IMG/VR virus record: IMGVR_UViG_3300025849_003344
Length of the DNA stretch: 64,000 bases
Strand: one strand, 5' to 3'
Source: a virus
Lineage: Duplodnaviria; Caudoviricetes
Part shown: positions 49,099 through 58,239 of the stretch, piece by piece
Layout: every line of letters starts with the position of its first letter
Position numbering within the stretch: the stretch's first letter is position 1
Notes under the pieces: model-generated
The model's database searches: none
Told to the model about the DNA's origin: nothing
What the model saw: the letters and a program-made list of their open reading frames with translations, nothing else
Made by a program: the position numbers and the translations under genes

Positions 49099-51157
49099 CC
49101 AAACTACAACTAATGCTGAACTAGCGCCCGAAGATCCTTATGAGGCAGTGCCTGGTGTTCCGTATATCAGTGACAATTTAGTTGAAGATCCTCTATCGTG
49201 GAGTGGGCCCGAAAGTCAAGGAGATTGTACGTATCGTCCGGCTGGTCATGGAGCGTACGCTAGCGATGAAAGAATTTTTGCGGGTGATTGGTATTCTAAT
49301 CCAGGCTATCGTGGTTGCCCCCAAATATCTGAAGATGGTACAATGCGGTTTAGTTGGCGCCCTGAAGATAATATGGGGCTGGTTAATACCATTGATGATA
49401 ATAGTATGGACAGTAAGATCGCGGCTTACGCTGCAGCCTTTGGTGATCTAGGTATCACAGTCAATGGATACACATACTCATGGATAATTAAAAGTAAAGA
49501 TGCCGAGAATGCTGAGAATACAATAGCCGAAGGGCCTTATGATAAGAAGGGTTTGGGGTATAGTCAGGATTTATTATCTATTCAAGTTGAGTTTCTAGGT
49601 GAAACTAACGAAGATGTTCTGTTCGATAAAACGTATGATTATGACTATCAAATCGCAAACTGGACCACTTTTAGTGGACAAGAAGATTTTGAACTAGATG
49701 GCAAAGATGTTAGTAAGATTCGTATGACTATCAATGGATATGATGCTGGCTATAGTATGGGGTATTATGGACCTGAAGTTCGAGATGTACAATTACAGTT
49801 GTTGTTTACTGTAAAGGAAGCGCCTATTGATTGCGCCGCTGATCCTGGATCTAGTCCTACATGCTATGGCTATCAAGATGCTTTCAATGAATCAATTGGA
49901 TTACCGACTCAAGCTGAAATGATAGCTGATCTAGAAAAAGAGTATGGAGGTTATGATGATGGTATTCCAGAGTTTGATGGGCAAGATGATGGTATTCCAG
50001 AGTTTGATGGACAAGATGATGGTATTCCAGAGTTTGAATTGACTGAAGCTGAGAAGCAAGGTATGGATGCTGAAATAGAAGCAATGGGTAGCATTGTAGA
50101 TGATGGTTCTATGAATGGGTCATTTGAAGATGACGGTTCTATACCAATGGATGGATCATTTCCTGAAGATAGCTTTTCTGGGAATTTAGCGGAAGACTAT
50201 AGCGGCATTCCTTTGGATGATTTTAGTAGTAAGCCAGAAGAGGCCTTTGATAGTGAGCCTGACCAATTCTTTGAACCACTAGAAGAAATTGACGCCACAG
50301 GCCTCCCACCGGTTGATGAGGTGTTCATAGAAGAGCTTCCAATTTTAGATGATAACTTACCAACAGATATATCCAATGAAACACAAAAGGCGCCTAGCAT
50401 TTCTATTAATCCTATTGCTATTGCAAAAGGTGCAGCAAATGCTGGAAATGTTGTGGCAACTGAAGCAACGAGTGAGGCGCTTACTTCGTCAGCTGTATCA
50501 TCAGAATCCGATATAACATTTAGCACTAATCAAAGTCTTACTGCATCAATAAACAGCAATACAATAGATGCAAACCCTGGACAGACTAATGCTTTTGGCC
50601 AGATTGAAAGTAATATGGGCGGAGGATTTGATGGATCGGATAGTGGATATGGTGATGGTGCCGAAAATATTGGATCTAATGGTGATATTGTTATAGATAA
50701 TAATGCTATTGATTTTAGTCAACAGGATTTTAATTCCAACTTTGATAATACTAATGAATATGAAGTTGTTGGAATTACTGTAGAGATTGAGATTGACGCG
50801 ATTAGTTCTAAGCTCGTAAATAATGCTATTAAAAATATAGTTAACACACTTATCGAGCAAGGACAAATAGTGCCTGAAGAAGAACAGTCTCCAGGCCTAG
50901 ATAATAATGCAGAAGACGCTTTAGTTGAAGCGGCAATATCTGGTGATACTAGTGAAGATGCTCAGTCTGCATTACTTGGTTATAATCCAAACTTTCGAGT
51001 CTATGTAACTCCTCAGATGCCAGATAATACTTTCTATCTGCCAAAGGACATTTACCCTGGACAAGAAAATTATGATAACCCGGCCGGGCGTTTCTTTAGC
51101 GGTGCTTCGGATGAAAAGCATAAAGAAATGGTCCGGCAGCAATACGAAAGAAATTAA
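49034..51157 (+). CDS. Large acidic secreted protein (about 707 aa)
   Basis: Signal-like MMQSRRFLLVCYLLLCCHSAYSQ; globular N-terminal domain, acidic linker; start moved from 48911. Confidence 0.75.
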   Translation: MMQSRRFLLVCYLLLCCHSAYSQTTTNAELAPEDPYEAVPGVPYISDNLVEDPLSWSGPESQGDCTYRPAGHGAYASDERIFAGDWYSNPGYRGCPQISEDGTMRFSWRPEDNMGLVNTIDDNSMDSKIAAYAAAFGDLGITVNGYTYSWIIKSKDAENAENTIAEGPYDKKGLGYSQDLLSIQVEFLGETNEDVLFDKTYDYDYQIANWTTFSGQEDFELDGKDVSKIRMTINGYDAGYSMGYYGPEVRDVQLQLLFTVKEAPIDCAADPGSSPTCYGYQDAFNESIGLPTQAEMIADLEKEYGGYDDGIPEFDGQDDGIPEFDGQDDGIPEFELTEAEKQGMDAEIEAMGSIVDDGSMNGSFEDDGSIPMDGSFPEDSFSGNLAEDYSGIPLDDFSSKPEEAFDSEPDQFFEPLEEIDATGLPPVDEVFIEELPILDDNLPTDISNETQKAPSISINPIAIAKGAANAGNVVATEATSEALTSSAVSSESDITFSTNQSLTASINSNTIDANPGQTNAFGQIESNMGGGFDGSDSGYGDGAENIGSNGDIVIDNNAIDFSQQDFNSNFDNTNEYEVVGITVEIEIDAISSKLVNNAIKNIVNTLIEQGQIVPEEEQSPGLDNNAEDALVEAAISGDTSEDAQSALLGYNPNFRVYVTPQMPDNTFYLPKDIYPGQENYDNPAGRFFSGASDEKHKEMVRQQYERN
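49955..50037. repeat. 30-bp intragenic tandem repeat, about 2.8 copies (DDGIPEFDGQ)
   Basis: gatgatggtattccagagtttgatgg(g/a)caa. Confidence 0.9.
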
Positions 51158-51502
51158 ATGGCACAGAAAAAATTAGCCGTCAATTCAAAATATGCGGCAT
51201 ACGATTTAGATGGTGATGGAACAGTGACGGATGAAGAAATGGCAAAAGCCGAACATATGATTACAGTTGAAAATGAAGATAAAAAGCAGGACGCACAACG
51301 TAACATGGCATGGTTTGCTTTGTTTGGTATGTTGTTGTACCCATTTGCAGTAGTTATTGCAATTGCATTTGGACTTGACTCTGCCGGTACTATTCTAGGT
51401 AATATGGCACCAACATACTTTGTATCAGTTGCTGCAATTGTTGCTGCATTCTATGGTACTCAGGCATATGCAAGTAAGTCTACGAAAACAGAAGATTACT
51501 AA
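51158..51502 (+). CDS. EF-hand-like loop plus two-TM membrane protein (holin-like)
   Basis: YDLDGDGTVTDEE followed by two hydrophobic helices. Confidence 0.6.
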   Translation: MAQKKLAVNSKYAAYDLDGDGTVTDEEMAKAEHMITVENEDKKQDAQRNMAWFALFGMLLYPFAVVIAIAFGLDSAGTILGNMAPTYFVSVAAIVAAFYGTQAYASKSTKTEDY

Positions 51503-51514
51503 AAGGAGAATAGT

Positions 51515-52189
51515 ATGGCCGAGGTAGAATTTGGTGGAGTTAAATTTACTGGTGGGAAGATGGTTGCCGTGTTAACTGCGCTATCTACTCTCGGTGGTGC
51601 TACGTGGGGAGGATTTGAAGTCTATAAAGATTATATGGATATGAAAGAAATCATCCAAAATATCGATATAGATGAAATTGATGCCCGCAACAACGAAATA
51701 GAAATAAAACTCGATGCAGCTATTAGCTACACTCGAGACATTAAGAACGACCTTAAAGATGATATTGGTAGGATAGATGTTGGCTTAGATAAACTAAAGG
51801 CTAAAGTAGAAGCATCTAAAATTCACGTTGAATCTAGCGTAGAGAAATTCGAGGACAAGACTGAGATTGCTATAGAAAATTTTGAAGCAAAAACTAAAGC
51901 TCAATTAAGAGAAGCTGAGCAGGATCTTAAAAAAGCTCAGGCTGAGTTAGAAGCTATGGCAGACGAGCTTGATGCTGAGCTCGAAAAAATACGTGATACT
52001 ATGGGTGAAATCAGGTCTGAAAGCGGTGCAACCCTGCGAGACGTAGAAACGACAATGCGCGAATCTGAGAAAGACACGCGCGATATAATGAAAGGAACTA
52101 CTAAAGATATAAACGAAGCTATGGCTGCACTTAAGAAAGATATACAAGAGAGAATTGAGGAGGCCCTTGATAATCCACTAAATGACTAA
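51515..52189 (+). CDS. N-anchored coiled-coil protein
   Basis: N-terminal TM segment then a long charged heptad repeat. Confidence 0.7.
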   Translation: MAEVEFGGVKFTGGKMVAVLTALSTLGGATWGGFEVYKDYMDMKEIIQNIDIDEIDARNNEIEIKLDAAISYTRDIKNDLKDDIGRIDVGLDKLKAKVEASKIHVESSVEKFEDKTEIAIENFEAKTKAQLREAEQDLKKAQAELEAMADELDAELEKIRDTMGEIRSESGATLRDVETTMRESEKDTRDIMKGTTKDINEAMAALKKDIQERIEEALDNPLND

Positions 52190-52389
52190 TATAGATCCTT
52201 AAGATCTTTGTCAGTATCCCAATGGTAACATGTGTATCCTACTATAGTCCACCCATTTTCCTCAGCTTGCGTATATCCTGCAGCTAGACTTTCTAGACAT
52301 GCTTCTAATGTAGGAAGTGGCTGGGGAAATGCCATAACACGACAGTTGCCCATTTCTAATGAACAGCCTAATATTATTGCGCTAAACAT
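52186..52389 (-). CDS. Small Cys-rich hypothetical protein
   Basis: MFSAIILGC...C...C...C. Confidence 0.5.
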   Translation of the reverse strand: MFSAIILGCSLEMGNCRVMAFPQPLPTLEACLESLAAGYTQAEENGWTIVGYTCYHWDTDKDLKDLY

Positions 52390-52473
52390 TTCACTTACCT
52401 CCTAAATATTTTGGAACATCTGATTCCTTTTTAACTAGCCAAGAATCGTATGAAGTTTTAATCCATTTAATCA

Positions 52474-52716
52474 TTAGTCACCTTTATAGATTTTAGTCAA
52501 ATGCGTTTCAAACTCTTCAACCTTAGCAAGGCGATTTGGCCATAAGATATAATCCTTTTGTGGATTAGCCTTAAGATTGTTAAGCAATGGCGTTATAGCA
52601 TTATACAATGCATCAAGACGATCTTCAGCAGTTCCGGCAGCTGACGCTGCCGTTTGTACTGACTCAAGTTCATTTTCGTCTACTGCTGTAAAACCAAAAT
52701 CGAATATGTCTGACAT
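52474..52716 (-). CDS. Hypothetical protein (80 aa)
   Basis: MSDIFDFGFTAVDE...YILWPNR; coupled to the upstream gene. Confidence 0.65.
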   Translation of the reverse strand: MSDIFDFGFTAVDENELESVQTAASAAGTAEDRLDALYNAITPLLNNLKANPQKDYILWPNRLAKVEEFETHLTKIYKGD

Positions 52717-53219
52717 TATTTTGCCCTTAGTGAAACTTCTACAGGAATACGATTTCCTACTTGGTATTTATTATAAGTCATGGCAGTGCCTTCATGTCCA
52801 TTCCATGTGAACCATATTTTATAGTGTTTAATAGTTTTTTCATTGTGTGAATCATATACCGTTTGGCATTGTTGCTCTAAACGGTAGCCAGTAACCACTT
52901 GCGATGTTTTACCGCCTTGCTGAGAATTAGCGCCCATGATAGCACCAAGAACAGTCATAATGTCTTTGCCTTGTCCGCTACCAAACTGGTTACCAATAAC
53001 ACCGCCGATAATAGCACCGCCCAAAACTTCACCATCACTACTACGACGTTGGACGTTACCGTAAATAGGAACCTCAACATTCTGACATATATTGCGAGGC
53101 GTATTTACGGTCGAATTTGTATAGATTGGATCTACACGTGAAATTGTAGCGCGAACAGTGTCCGCATAAGCTGGCAATGCAATTGCAATTGCTGTCAATG
53201 TAGTCATTAAAAGTTTCAT
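52716..53219 (-). CDS. Glycine-zipper 2TM envelope protein (YcfJ-like)
   Basis: Signal peptide; CQNVEVP; GGAIIGGVIGNQFGSGQGKDIMTVLGAIMG. Confidence 0.8.
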   Translation of the reverse strand: MKLLMTTLTAIAIALPAYADTVRATISRVDPIYTNSTVNTPRNICQNVEVPIYGNVQRRSSDGEVLGGAIIGGVIGNQFGSGQGKDIMTVLGAIMGANSQQGGKTSQVVTGYRLEQQCQTVYDSHNEKTIKHYKIWFTWNGHEGTAMTYNKYQVGNRIPVEVSLRAK

Positions 53220-53247
53220 GATATTTTTCCTTATGCGAACATTAAGT

Positions 53248-53397
53248 TTAATTAGGTAATTTTTTACTTTTTCGTCGGAGCTTTCTCATCTTTGAGAAAA
53301 GCCTGCTAGATTTTCCTAGCATGACTTCCTTTAAGTCTCGTCGTCGTAATCTTGCTGACTCTGACTTGGCGATACGTTCTGATCTAGTAGTTTGCAC
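53248..53397 (-). CDS. Small highly basic protein (49 aa, GTG start; not in the ORF track)
   Basis: MQTTRSERIAKSESARLRRRDLKEVMLGKSSRLFSKMRKLRRKSKKLPN; AGGA SD; promoters upstream. Confidence 0.5.
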   Translation of the reverse strand: MQTTRSERIAKSESARLRRRDLKEVMLGKSSRLFSKMRKLRRKSKKLPN

Positions 53398-53426
53398 TTC
53401 CTATTCCTTTCGTATGAGAGCAATAA

Positions 53427-53462
53427 TATTTATACAATAACATATGTTATATGAGATGTAAA
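53427..53462 (-). promoter_or_regulatory. Tandem early-type (TTTACA-N17-TATTGT) and late (TATAAATA) promoters with a 14-bp palindrome
   Basis: Late motif 53427-53434; -35 at 53457-53462; ATAACATATGTTAT at 53437-53450. Confidence 0.6.
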
Positions 53463-53478
53463 CACTTTTTTTAATGTT

Positions 53479-53554
53479 TGGTACTCCCGGTAGGACTCGA
53501 ACCTACAACCAAAACGTTATGAGCGTTCTGCTCTGACCATTGAGCTACAGGAGT
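53479..53554 (-). tRNA. tRNA with CAT anticodon (probably Ile2, possibly Met)
   Basis: 76-nt cloverleaf, loop CTCATAA, TTCGA T-loop, encoded CCA. Confidence 0.9.
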
Positions 53555-53560
53555 ATTATT

Positions 53561-53638
53561 TGGTGATCTCTGTAGGACTCGAACCTACGACCTAGTCATT
53601 AGAAGTGACTTGCTCTAATCCAGCTGAGCTAAGAGACC
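53561..53638 (-). tRNA. tRNA-Arg(TCT)
   Basis: Cloverleaf, AGTCA-CTTCTAA-TGACT anticodon arm, encoded CCA. Confidence 0.93.
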
Positions 53639-53728
53639 AATTCTGCTATAGGAACTTAGATGTGATATTCACTACATTTGCTATAACGAGCAATATTACT
53701 ATAACCTCAAAAGAGCGCATAATATAGG

Positions 53729-53935
53729 TCAACCTACAATCTCCATTCCGTCATACTCTGTTTCAATAAGAGGTTCAGATGGATTATTATCTGCCATAAA
53801 ACCACTGCGAACCATAGCAGAGTATTTAGACAAATCCATATGGATTTGGCGGGATTGCTCTCGCGTCAGACCTTCCCATATTTGGGTTTTGCCGTCTTCC
53901 CAATTCTCTATTAACTCAACATACCACATTATCAT
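53729..53935 (-). CDS. Hypothetical protein (68 aa)
   Basis: ORF in the early operon upstream of the tRNAs. Confidence 0.55.
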   Translation of the reverse strand: MIMWYVELIENWEDGKTQIWEGLTREQSRQIHMDLSKYSAMVRSGFMADNNPSEPLIETEYDGMEIVG

Positions 53936-53936
53936 A

Positions 53937-54326
53937 TCAATCCTTATATTTTACAATAGCCAAAAGTTCTTTGACTAAAGTCTTTCCATAGTCAGTAAAT
54001 AAAATACCTTGATCCCAGACGAAGTGTTCCACACACTGTCCGCTCCAAAAGGTTTCGCTTTGGGTTAACCAATCTAATGCTTGCGTACGTGACTTAGCAC
54101 CAGAAGATATTACTTTAGCAACAAGCTCTTCAAAAAGAATAACATCTTTTTCCGCTTGATTTTTGTTGCTAATTTCGTTTTGCTTGAGTTGTTCGCAGAG
54201 TTCATCGAATATGGTATCTTTACCCGCTTTATCAAGCGAGTCAAAAGAATTTAGATAATCAGCATTAGGCCTGAAGCCGTGTACATCTTTATGTAAATCC
54301 GATATTAGATCATAATCGCCTTGCAT
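53937..54326 (-). CDS. Hypothetical early protein (129 aa)
   Basis: SDLHKDVHGFRP motif; GAGGAG SD; promoter upstream. Confidence 0.7.
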   Translation of the reverse strand: MQGDYDLISDLHKDVHGFRPNADYLNSFDSLDKAGKDTIFDELCEQLKQNEISNKNQAEKDVILFEELVAKVISSGAKSRTQALDWLTQSETFWSGQCVEHFVWDQGILFTDYGKTLVKELLAIVKYKD

Positions 54327-54356
54327 TAACTTTCTCCTCTTGCATCTGATATGTCC

Positions 54357-54385
54357 TTTATAATAGGTTTCTCAGGCAAAGTAAA
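54357..54385 (-). promoter_or_regulatory. Early promoter TTTACT-N17-TATAAA
   Basis: Preceded by AAAATAAGTGAAATTAACTG, shared with the other copies. Confidence 0.7.
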
Positions 54386-54603
54386 CAGTTAATTTCACTT
54401 ATTTTCAAGTCTTTCTTCACGGAACATCCGTAAGATCCACTCGTGGTATCGTTCTTGCTTCTCTTGGTTCATCGTGTACGTACCTTATCCATAATGTAAT
54501 GTTATCTATAATGTTATCATGCGGGTCATCAAGCTGCGCCTGCCATAGGCGCTGCTCGTCGTCATCCATTCATAATTCCGTTTATAATTTCTATTATTCA
54601 ATA

Positions 54604-55020
54604 TTATTTATAATATAGCGCAATTAGACTCTTTTCTAATGAGTTCGCTTCTATTTCCCAAGGCCTATCATCGTATTCCATGTCTAGGGGATATAGAACT
54701 TTCTCATAAAACACATCTCTTGCCCACTCTTGTTTCATCTGCTTAGTCACATATTGTTTGACGTGCACAAGCTCGTGTATTACAGTTGAGATGAGTTCGT
54801 ATTCTGATTGTGCTATATCAAGCCTAATCGTAAAGTCTCTATCTTCTTCATCCATGCAATCGCCATGAATACCTTCATTGGCTCTTAGTTTTCGCATAAG
54901 TTTAAATGTTACGCACACATTTTTGTGGCGTGGAAATAGATTCTTCTTAGCAAAAAACGCAGCTTCATATATGACATCTTCTAACTTTGCATTACGAGCG
55001 CCAATAAAATCTATTTCCAT
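54604..55020 (-). CDS. Zincin (SprT-like) metallopeptidase
   Basis: TVIHELVHVKQ (HExxH) and RPWEIEA. Confidence 0.8.
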   Translation of the reverse strand: MEIDFIGARNAKLEDVIYEAAFFAKKNLFPRHKNVCVTFKLMRKLRANEGIHGDCMDEEDRDFTIRLDIAQSEYELISTVIHELVHVKQYVTKQMKQEWARDVFYEKVLYPLDMEYDDRPWEIEANSLEKSLIALYYK

Positions 55021-55021
55021 A

Positions 55022-55627
55022 CTATTTTAATTTATTCACGACTACTTCTACATTGTCAGGCAATGAGACCTTTGGCTTACCGTGCATGTGATGTACGACG
55101 AATTGTGTGTTAGGAAACTCACGAAATAAGCCTTCCCAAATAGGTCGCCAGTTTACGGCTAATCGGTGTGTGTTAAATGCATCTCTATTTGAATTAAGTA
55201 CAAAGTCAGTGGTACTAATTAGATTAAAGTCAAATATTGAATCAAATCCGTACATATGGATCTCATCGCAGTTAAGCTTGTTTGCTGTATAATGAGTACA
55301 CATATGCCCACAGTTAAAGTCGGTGTAGTTATTAGCATATCGTGGTAGATCTAAATAGAAATCTTTAATATGCCTAGAAAAGCGCATATGGAATTGTGGA
55401 TTCATCTCAGTGAATTTTTTAGGCCTTGCACCCATAATCCAATCGTATCCACGTAAGTCCACACTACCCTCTTCAATAGCGCGACACATTTTAAAATCTA
55501 CGATAGCTGTACCATACACATTATCAATGGCGGTAGGTGGCAGATTGCATGTGAGCTTTAAGCCCTTAGCGGGTTTATAGAACCTGTAACTATCACCATT
55601 ACCAATAATATGAGCAACCTTAGGCAT
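55022..55627 (-). CDS. Rossmann-like protein (MptE/GT29-like), function uncertain
   Basis: AHIIGNGDS, NCGHM, EIHMYGFD motifs. Confidence 0.5.
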   Translation of the reverse strand: MPKVAHIIGNGDSYRFYKPAKGLKLTCNLPPTAIDNVYGTAIVDFKMCRAIEEGSVDLRGYDWIMGARPKKFTEMNPQFHMRFSRHIKDFYLDLPRYANNYTDFNCGHMCTHYTANKLNCDEIHMYGFDSIFDFNLISTTDFVLNSNRDAFNTHRLAVNWRPIWEGLFREFPNTQFVVHHMHGKPKVSLPDNVEVVVNKLK

Positions 55628-56288
55628 TCATTAAACTCCGAATATGTTCTTTACCCTTCGCACCAGTGTGATGCTTAATGCGGATATCTTTAACTTTGTT
55701 ACCATCAAGTCCATCTAATCGTAGGTAGTTATATTGTGGTGGTAACCTGTTTATGTATATAGCCTTTGCAAGAGGATCTAACATAGCGTGTAAGACTTCT
55801 TGATCTCCACGTTGCTGTGGATTTTCGAAGCATGCCTGTGCCCACCTTCTTAGCATCTCAGGTTTACCCTCAAATGCGACAACGCCTGAGTTGTACCATT
55901 CTTCTCCTGACCGTTTAGTCCATGGTGTATCCATACACATATTCAGTTTTTGTGCTAAACAATGATTCCAAATATCTGAAATATTACCAACCACTTCACA
56001 ATCAACATCAACCCATACTGTTCGTTTGTATGGTGAGTTCATCATTGCGCCAGGTTTTTTAAACCATGTTGCTTGACCAGTTGCTTGCTCAAGGTGTCCA
56101 ATAGAACTAACTTTTGTTTCAACATAGTCAATCATTTTTTGGGACATACCAAAATTTATAACTGACAATGGCATATCATTATGTTTATAATAATTCTCAA
56201 TAAACCAAGGGAGCATCCATTCAGCTTCTCTATCACATCCGGTTAGGACGCATTCACTTAAATCAGGTTTAGACATCAATAATCTCAT
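55620..56288 (-). CDS. GT-A fold glycosyltransferase
   Basis: WFKKP, VWVDVDCEV (DxD), WYNSGVV, GDQEVL, HHTG. Confidence 0.8.
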   Translation of the reverse strand: MRLLMSKPDLSECVLTGCDREAEWMLPWFIENYYKHNDMPLSVINFGMSQKMIDYVETKVSSIGHLEQATGQATWFKKPGAMMNSPYKRTVWVDVDCEVVGNISDIWNHCLAQKLNMCMDTPWTKRSGEEWYNSGVVAFEGKPEMLRRWAQACFENPQQRGDQEVLHAMLDPLAKAIYINRLPPQYNYLRLDGLDGNKVKDIRIKHHTGAKGKEHIRSLMNA

Positions 56289-56922
56289 ATCTTTGGTTAA
56301 AATTATGTTTGGCTTGACAACCGGCCGGAGCTTGAATTGTAGTAAATGTATCTTTGGCTTCTACAGGCCATGGATATATTTCTTCAAGGAAGGGAAAAGT
56401 CGCTTTATTTAGAAACACGTCTGTAGGACGAGCTTCCATAATTGCTTGTTGAATAAGCTGTTCAGCTCCCGCCGGATTTACTCTATACGCATGCGCACCA
56501 GGGAAATACGGTTTAGACACCAACGGTTGAACACCAAACCGTATAGGTTGATTGAACCTGCCATAAGACGGTTGTCCTAACGATACACATCCTTTAAACA
56601 CCATATTAGAACTAATATTATTAATACATATTGCGTCATGTTCAAAGATAGTAATCGATTCTTTGGTGCGTACACATTCTTGCCATAAGCTGAAATGTGA
56701 TAGGAATGCAGCAATACAATTTTCCGTACGAGAATATACTTCATCCATTGCTGCAACATTAATGCCAAAGGCTTTTACTATACCATTTAAATCATCGGCC
56801 GGAGTAGTAGCTTTCCATTTTTCAATAGTAAGTCCACCTGTGCTTAAACCAGATTTAATACACCGCTCTGCAGCCTTAACAGACTTTTCGTTATCAGCTA
56901 TAGTAATTACGTAATGTTTCAT
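56269..56922 (-). CDS. Glycosyltransferase family 25
   Basis: AAFLSHFSLWQEC...ITIFEHDA; GAHAYRVNP.GA..L. Confidence 0.8.
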   Translation of the reverse strand: MKHYVITIADNEKSVKAAERCIKSGLSTGGLTIEKWKATTPADDLNGIVKAFGINVAAMDEVYSRTENCIAAFLSHFSLWQECVRTKESITIFEHDAICINNISSNMVFKGCVSLGQPSYGRFNQPIRFGVQPLVSKPYFPGAHAYRVNPAGAEQLIQQAIMEARPTDVFLNKATFPFLEEIYPWPVEAKDTFTTIQAPAGCQAKHNFNQRYEIIDV

Positions 56923-57617
56923 AATGTAGTTGTACTAGGAAGTCCTTGTACCCTTGTATAATATCGTTTGGTGACCCGTAGGAAATTAAAGTTCTGATAA
57001 CAAAGAAGCGCGTCGTTTGGCCATGCTCCAATTCTATTAACAGTTTCGATAACCTTCTTAGCTGCGCTTGGTGTAATTATATATGCACTGTTTCCGGCTA
57101 ACCCTTGAGGCACATCCCATGTGTCAATCTTAGGTAATTGTTGTATTACCTTATCATTTTTTTGTATAATATCGTGGAATAATCCTGCCATACGTGTAGC
57201 ACCACGAGGATCATTGATGCCCAGCACACAGTCATATCCTGGCTCAGCCTCGCCAGGATCAACTAGCTTATTAGTAAATATTGCATCATGTTCTAGAATT
57301 AAATAATTCTCAGATGATTTAGCAGCTTCTTTCCACAACCTATAATGACTCATAAAACATGCTACGCGTTTACGCGGATCTGCACCAGAGTATGCACTTA
57401 GTTTCAAACCTGTTGCTATATCAGATTGCTGACCTTCCCACGGATAAGTCCAACGTAAACCTTCACGTGTAAAAAGCTTATTACTTTCATCTGCCGTAAT
57501 AGCATCGAAGGTTTTAATATCAAACTCATTCTCAAATAAGGCCGAAGATTCTCTTAATACTCCGGCCCCTGTTTCAGAAAGATGATTGCCTTTAATAGTT
57601 ATTACTCTAGCTTGCAT
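56919..57617 (-). CDS. Glycosyltransferase family 25
   Basis: FDAITA, ACFMSHYRLWKE...LILEHDA, GNSAYIITPSAAKK. Confidence 0.85.
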   Translation of the reverse strand: MQARVITIKGNHLSETGAGVLRESSALFENEFDIKTFDAITADESNKLFTREGLRWTYPWEGQQSDIATGLKLSAYSGADPRKRVACFMSHYRLWKEAAKSSENYLILEHDAIFTNKLVDPGEAEPGYDCVLGINDPRGATRMAGLFHDIIQKNDKVIQQLPKIDTWDVPQGLAGNSAYIITPSAAKKVIETVNRIGAWPNDALLCYQNFNFLRVTKRYYTRVQGLPSTTTL

Positions 57618-58239
57618 TTCTTAACTCAATAATATAACTGTCAGGTGCTCCAGTTAGCTTACGCTGATCATGACGCTTGATATTCATACCAGATTTTTCT
57701 ATTGTTCCAAGGAACATCTCATTATCAAGATGGTTATATCGGTCAGGATATTTCTGTAACCATTCTAGTTGTAGTTCTTTAGTAGTCATAATCTCTAGTG
57801 GAAACACATCTTCAATAAAGAAGACACCATCGTCAGCTAAAAATTGTGATAGATTTTTAAACGTCTGCATGTTGGCTTTAGGTGTATGCATTCCGTCATC
57901 AATGATAACATCAAACTTAATGTCTCCCCACTTCGAACGAATTTCACGTGCAATAGATGGATCAGTACTACTCGCTTTAATCCAATCAGCACGGTCATAC
58001 GTGTAACAATTTAAATCTTGAGGTTTAGTTCGAGTAAAAATGTCTACTCCATACATATTAGCCATAGGTAAGTATTGGAGAAAAGCTTCTGTGCTATGGC
58101 CGTTAAATACGCCGACCTCAAGAATGTTGATACGCTTATTCATCATCGTATCCATCACTGGTGCATATACACGATCATATTGATGCTTACGCGTTTTGTC
58201 ACATCCATACTTATTAAATAGATCGCCTAGTTCACTCAT
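57607..58239 (-). CDS. Class I SAM-dependent methyltransferase (glycan O-methyltransferase-like)
   Basis: GCDK...H.YD..Y, ILEVGVFNGHS, FDVIIDDGMH, FFIEDV. Confidence 0.85.
   Translation of the reverse strand: MSELGDLFNKYGCDKTRKHQYDRVYAPVMDTMMNKRINILEVGVFNGHSTEAFLQYLPMANMYGVDIFTRTKPQDLNCYTYDRADWIKASSTDPSIAREIRSKWGDIKFDVIIDDGMHTPKANMQTFKNLSQFLADDGVFFIEDVFPLEIMTTKELQLEWLQKYPDRYNHLDNEMFLGTIEKSGMNIKRHDQRKLTGAPDSYIIELRNAS

Noticed and set aside
49955-50037. Near-identical 30-bp repeats as a mini CRISPR array
   Set aside because: Directly tandem with no spacers and in frame within a protein; the same holds for the 21-bp repeat at 27428
54400-54612. Two tiny overlapping ORFs below a late promoter at 54605-54612
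   Set aside because: Alternative frames (49 and 25 aa) with no motif; cannot tell which, if either, is real
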